A program made the translations under genes and the position numbers. The notes under the pieces are model-generated. The model saw only the letters and a program-made list of their open reading frames with translations. It ran no database searches and had not been told where the DNA came from. From an uncultured Gemmataceae bacterium (lineage in GTDB: Bacteria; Planctomycetota; Planctomycetia; Gemmatales; Gemmataceae): a stretch of DNA of 32,000 nt. Shown here one piece after another: positions 29,706 through 32,000 of this stretch. The first letter of the stretch is position 1; each line of letters starts with the position of its first letter. Where the stretch lies: contig CAWDRY010000038.1 in the NCBI GenBank assembly GCA_963804745.1, forward strand, positions 56,047-88,046, given 5' to 3'.

Positions 29706-29987
29706 ATGGACTTGCGGGATGCGTTGATCGATTGGGACGATTCGGATGATGAGGACAGCAACACGGCCCACATTGCGGAACATGACCTGACGCCGGAAGA
29801 GGTCGAATCGGCTCTCTTCGACGAAAACACAAGGTTTGACGTGAGCGACTCGTCCGGCCGTCCCATTGCATTCGGCAACACCGATACGGGCCGGTTTATC
29901 GCCATCGTGTTCGACGTGCTGAACCCGGCCGATCCGCTCGTTATCCGCCCGATCACCGCCTACGACGTTCCCGAACCGAAGGAGTGA
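29706..29987 (+). CDS. BrnT-like / DUF4258-like toxin candidate
   Basis: EHDLTPEEVESALFDENTRFDVSDSSGRPIAFGNTDTGRFIAIVFDVLN...VIRPITAYDVPEPKE. Confidence 0.68.
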   Translation: MDLRDALIDWDDSDDEDSNTAHIAEHDLTPEEVESALFDENTRFDVSDSSGRPIAFGNTDTGRFIAIVFDVLNPADPLVIRPITAYDVPEPKE

Positions 29988-29991
29988 AGCC

Positions 29992-30327
29992 ATGAAGCCA
30001 ACGATGAAGTCAAAACGTACCGCCGAGCAGCGGACCGAGGAAGAAGCCGTCCGCCGCCAGCACGCGGCAAATCCAATCCTACAACGGCCGGCCGGGACCA
30101 TTGATCGCCAGAGTTTTGCAGCTATCTTAAGTCTTGTGGCGCGATTCAAAGCTGTCCGGGAAAGCCAGGGGTTGACGCTGACCGAGGTGGCCGAGCGGAT
30201 GGGGATCGACTCGCCGGCTCTTTCCCGATTGGAAACGGGCAAGATGCTGAACCCTACGCTGGCGACGCTACACAAATGGGCGGAAGCTCTCGGCCAGAAA
30301 CTGGAGGTTGACTTGTCGTCCGCATGA
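29992..30327 (+). CDS. XRE-family helix-turn-helix antitoxin candidate
   Basis: LVARFKAVRESQGLTLTEVAERMGIDSPALSRLETGKMLNPTLATLHKWAEALGQKLEVDLSSA; starts 4 nt after the toxin stop. Confidence 0.82.
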   Translation: MKPTMKSKRTAEQRTEEEAVRRQHAANPILQRPAGTIDRQSFAAILSLVARFKAVRESQGLTLTEVAERMGIDSPALSRLETGKMLNPTLATLHKWAEALGQKLEVDLSSA

Positions 30328-30339
30328 CCGGTCGTAGCG

Positions 30340-30570
30340 GGGGTCAGAAACCTTAACGGACATCCTCACTCTTAATATGTTCCTCACCCTGGCTCCGGCG
30401 TGAAAGTCCAGGAATGCACCGTGCCGGCAGCAAGCTATTCCGGGGAACGCGGGTTTGCAGGATAATGGCAGGGTGCCGTCCGGGCAACCTCGTGGCGCCA
30501 CCTTTGGTAATTTCCCACCAGTGTTTATTGCCGTAAATCACTGTTTACGCCTGCACAGCCACAGTTGTCA
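30340..30570 (+). repeat. 231-bp dispersed repeat, copy 2
   Basis: GGGGTCAGAAACCTTAACGGACATCCTCACTCTTAATATG...CACAGCCACAGTTGTCA; same orientation as copy 1. Confidence 0.9.
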
Positions 30571-30644
30571 GGCTTGCTGAGTGATGAGAACGTGCTATTC
30601 TGAACGAGAAGAGAGAGACCTGATTATTTTACAGGAGGCTTTCG

Positions 30645-31322
30645 ATGAGCGTGCAGCAGAAAAGTCTGCCCGGTTTCGTGGTTACTATTCGGCCGGTTGC
30701 TGAAGAACCGAACGCATATTCCGTCAGCTATGTGCCGCGCGGACTCCAGCAAGCACGCACTCAGGGTGGCGGGGTGAAACGTGTACACGACAAATTCCTT
30801 CCTTACAAGGCGCTGGTCACGATTCAAGGGGACGAGATTGCCGTCAATTGGCAGAAAAAGCCTTCCTTTCCGGAAGTGACGCCAGAGGAATTTGACGAAG
30901 ATATGCGGGAGCGCATCCGCCTCATGCTCGGATGGCTGAGCCTCATCTCGCAGTTGATCGACTCCGTGCGCGAATGGGCCGCAGGGCTTGACTGGTCCAC
31001 GAAAGTCGTCGCGAAACCGATGGAGGATTCGGAGATCGGCAATTACACGGCTCCTGCGTTGCTTCTACAGCGAGAGGTCACCAAGATCCTCCTTGAGCCG
31101 ATCGCAAGGCACGGACCTGGCATGGAGGGCCTGGTGGATTTGTATCTCATGCCCGGGTATGACGACATCGCCAGCCTTTATTATTACAACGACCGCTGGA
31201 ATCTTCATTACCAGCTTCCTCCGGCCGGTGTCGCTGCGAATATTCGGGAAGGGAAGGTGAAGCCGCTTACCAAAGCGAGTTTTCTCAAAGTCCTCGAGGA
31301 GATGAGGCAGCATGCCCAGTGA
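30645..31322 (+). CDS. Hypothetical protein of unknown family
   Basis: 225-aa uninterrupted ORF MSVQQKSLPGFVVTIRPVAEEPNAYSVSYVPRGLQQARTQ... Confidence 0.55.
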   Translation: MSVQQKSLPGFVVTIRPVAEEPNAYSVSYVPRGLQQARTQGGGVKRVHDKFLPYKALVTIQGDEIAVNWQKKPSFPEVTPEEFDEDMRERIRLMLGWLSLISQLIDSVREWAAGLDWSTKVVAKPMEDSEIGNYTAPALLLQREVTKILLEPIARHGPGMEGLVDLYLMPGYDDIASLYYYNDRWNLHYQLPPAGVAANIREGKVKPLTKASFLKVLEEMRQHAQ

Positions 31323-31352
31323 AGCTTCGGCTGGAACACCCGGATCAAGGCC

Positions 31353-31769
31353 GTGGAGCGGGAATATACCACGGTTCGGCTGGCCATGAATCGGCTCGAC
31401 CAGCATGCCAAGGACAATCCAGCCATTCTCACCGGCGACTTGCGAATCCGAGATATTACGACCGCCTCCAACCGGTTGGAAGGCACCTATATCATTCGCC
31501 TGTTTGCCGAGTTTGAGACTGGCCTGCGGCAATTCATGAAGGCATTCAAGTACCGCCTTCCAAAATCCACGGAGGCATTGTTGAACCGCGTGAAGGACAG
31601 GGTGGCATTTCCAAGGAGTTCGGACAATGCTCACGCTGTTCGCGATTACAGAAACACGTTAGTCCACGACCGCCAGGAGCATGCTGATCGGGTATCTGTG
31701 CGGGAGGCAACCCGATATCTCGGCTGCTTCATGGGCTGGCTACACGCTACTGGTGATTTATCTGGATGA
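31353..31769 (+). CDS. Hypothetical protein with HEPN-like RNxxxH motif
   Basis: All-alpha-looking 138-aa ORF containing AVRDYRNTLVHDRQEHADR; follows the 30645 gene closely. Confidence 0.5.
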   Translation: MEREYTTVRLAMNRLDQHAKDNPAILTGDLRIRDITTASNRLEGTYIIRLFAEFETGLRQFMKAFKYRLPKSTEALLNRVKDRVAFPRSSDNAHAVRDYRNTLVHDRQEHADRVSVREATRYLGCFMGWLHATGDLSG

Positions 31770-31786
31770 ACGTGGAGCGGAGCTTA

Positions 31787-31937
31787 GAAATCTTAACGGA
31801 CATCCTTAGTATTAATATGGTCCGCTCCCTGGCTCCGGTGTGAAAGTCCAGGAATGCACCGTGCTGGCGTTGAGATATTCCGGGGAACGCGGGTTTGCAG
31901 GATAATGGCAGGGCGCCGTCTGGGTAACCTCGTGGCG
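31787..31937 (+). repeat. Dispersed repeat, copy 3 (5' ~150 bp only, diverges after CCTCGTGGCG)
   Basis: TCTTAACGGACATCCTTAGTATTAATATGG...GTGTGAAAGTCCAGGAATGCACCGTGCTGGC...CCGGGGAACGCGGGTTTGCAGGATAATGGCAGGGCGCCGTCTGGGTAACCTCGTGGCG. Confidence 0.85.
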
Positions 31938-32000
31938 GGCGGGAACCGGGGCCATTCTCCCTTTTTCTCCCCCCCAATCCACCACAAAACCTGCCAAAAC

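Noticed and set aside
29416-31937. Integron attC-like sites
   Set aside because: The repeats are ~231 bp, lack a recognisable RYYYAAC...GTTRRRY core pair, and no integrase is present in the window.

Overview
This window looks like planctomycete (Gemmata-like) chromosomal DNA, judged from the gene families present; that assignment is inference. Intact or near-intact genes include a NifS/IscS-type cysteine desulfurase, feoA-feoB plus a small FeoB-associated Cys-rich membrane protein, a DUF4337-like membrane coiled-coil protein, glucose-6-phosphate dehydrogenase (zwf), a DUF1571-like lipoprotein, a VapC/PIN toxin module, a RES/MbcA-ParS-like module, a BrnT-like/XRE module and a small PIN/GIY-YIG gene group. 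Several conserved genes are split over frames: the SNF2 helicase, SWIM protein, transposase, zinc-ribbon kinase-FGE fusion, RND-like protein and DUF1848. Indel errors in the assembly are a serious alternative to real pseudogenization. The observations most worth following are: (1) three same-orientation copies of a ~231-bp intergenic repeat separating two small accessory cassettes (BrnT-like/XRE, and an unknown protein plus a protein with a HEPN-like RNxxxH motif) at 29.4-31.9 kb; (2) an RND-family protein with both periplasmic halves fused and the transmembrane bundle missing; (3) 8-bp tandem arrays in inverted orientation bridging feoA and feoB, and a 7-bp array inside feoB translated as SGQWSVV repeats; (4) a complete ~1450-bp ISNCY/IS1202-like element with an 18-bp target duplication and doubled terminal motifs; (5) a MazF-like toxin with its middle deleted beside an intact putative antitoxin. 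No CRISPR array, rRNA or tRNA was recognised.
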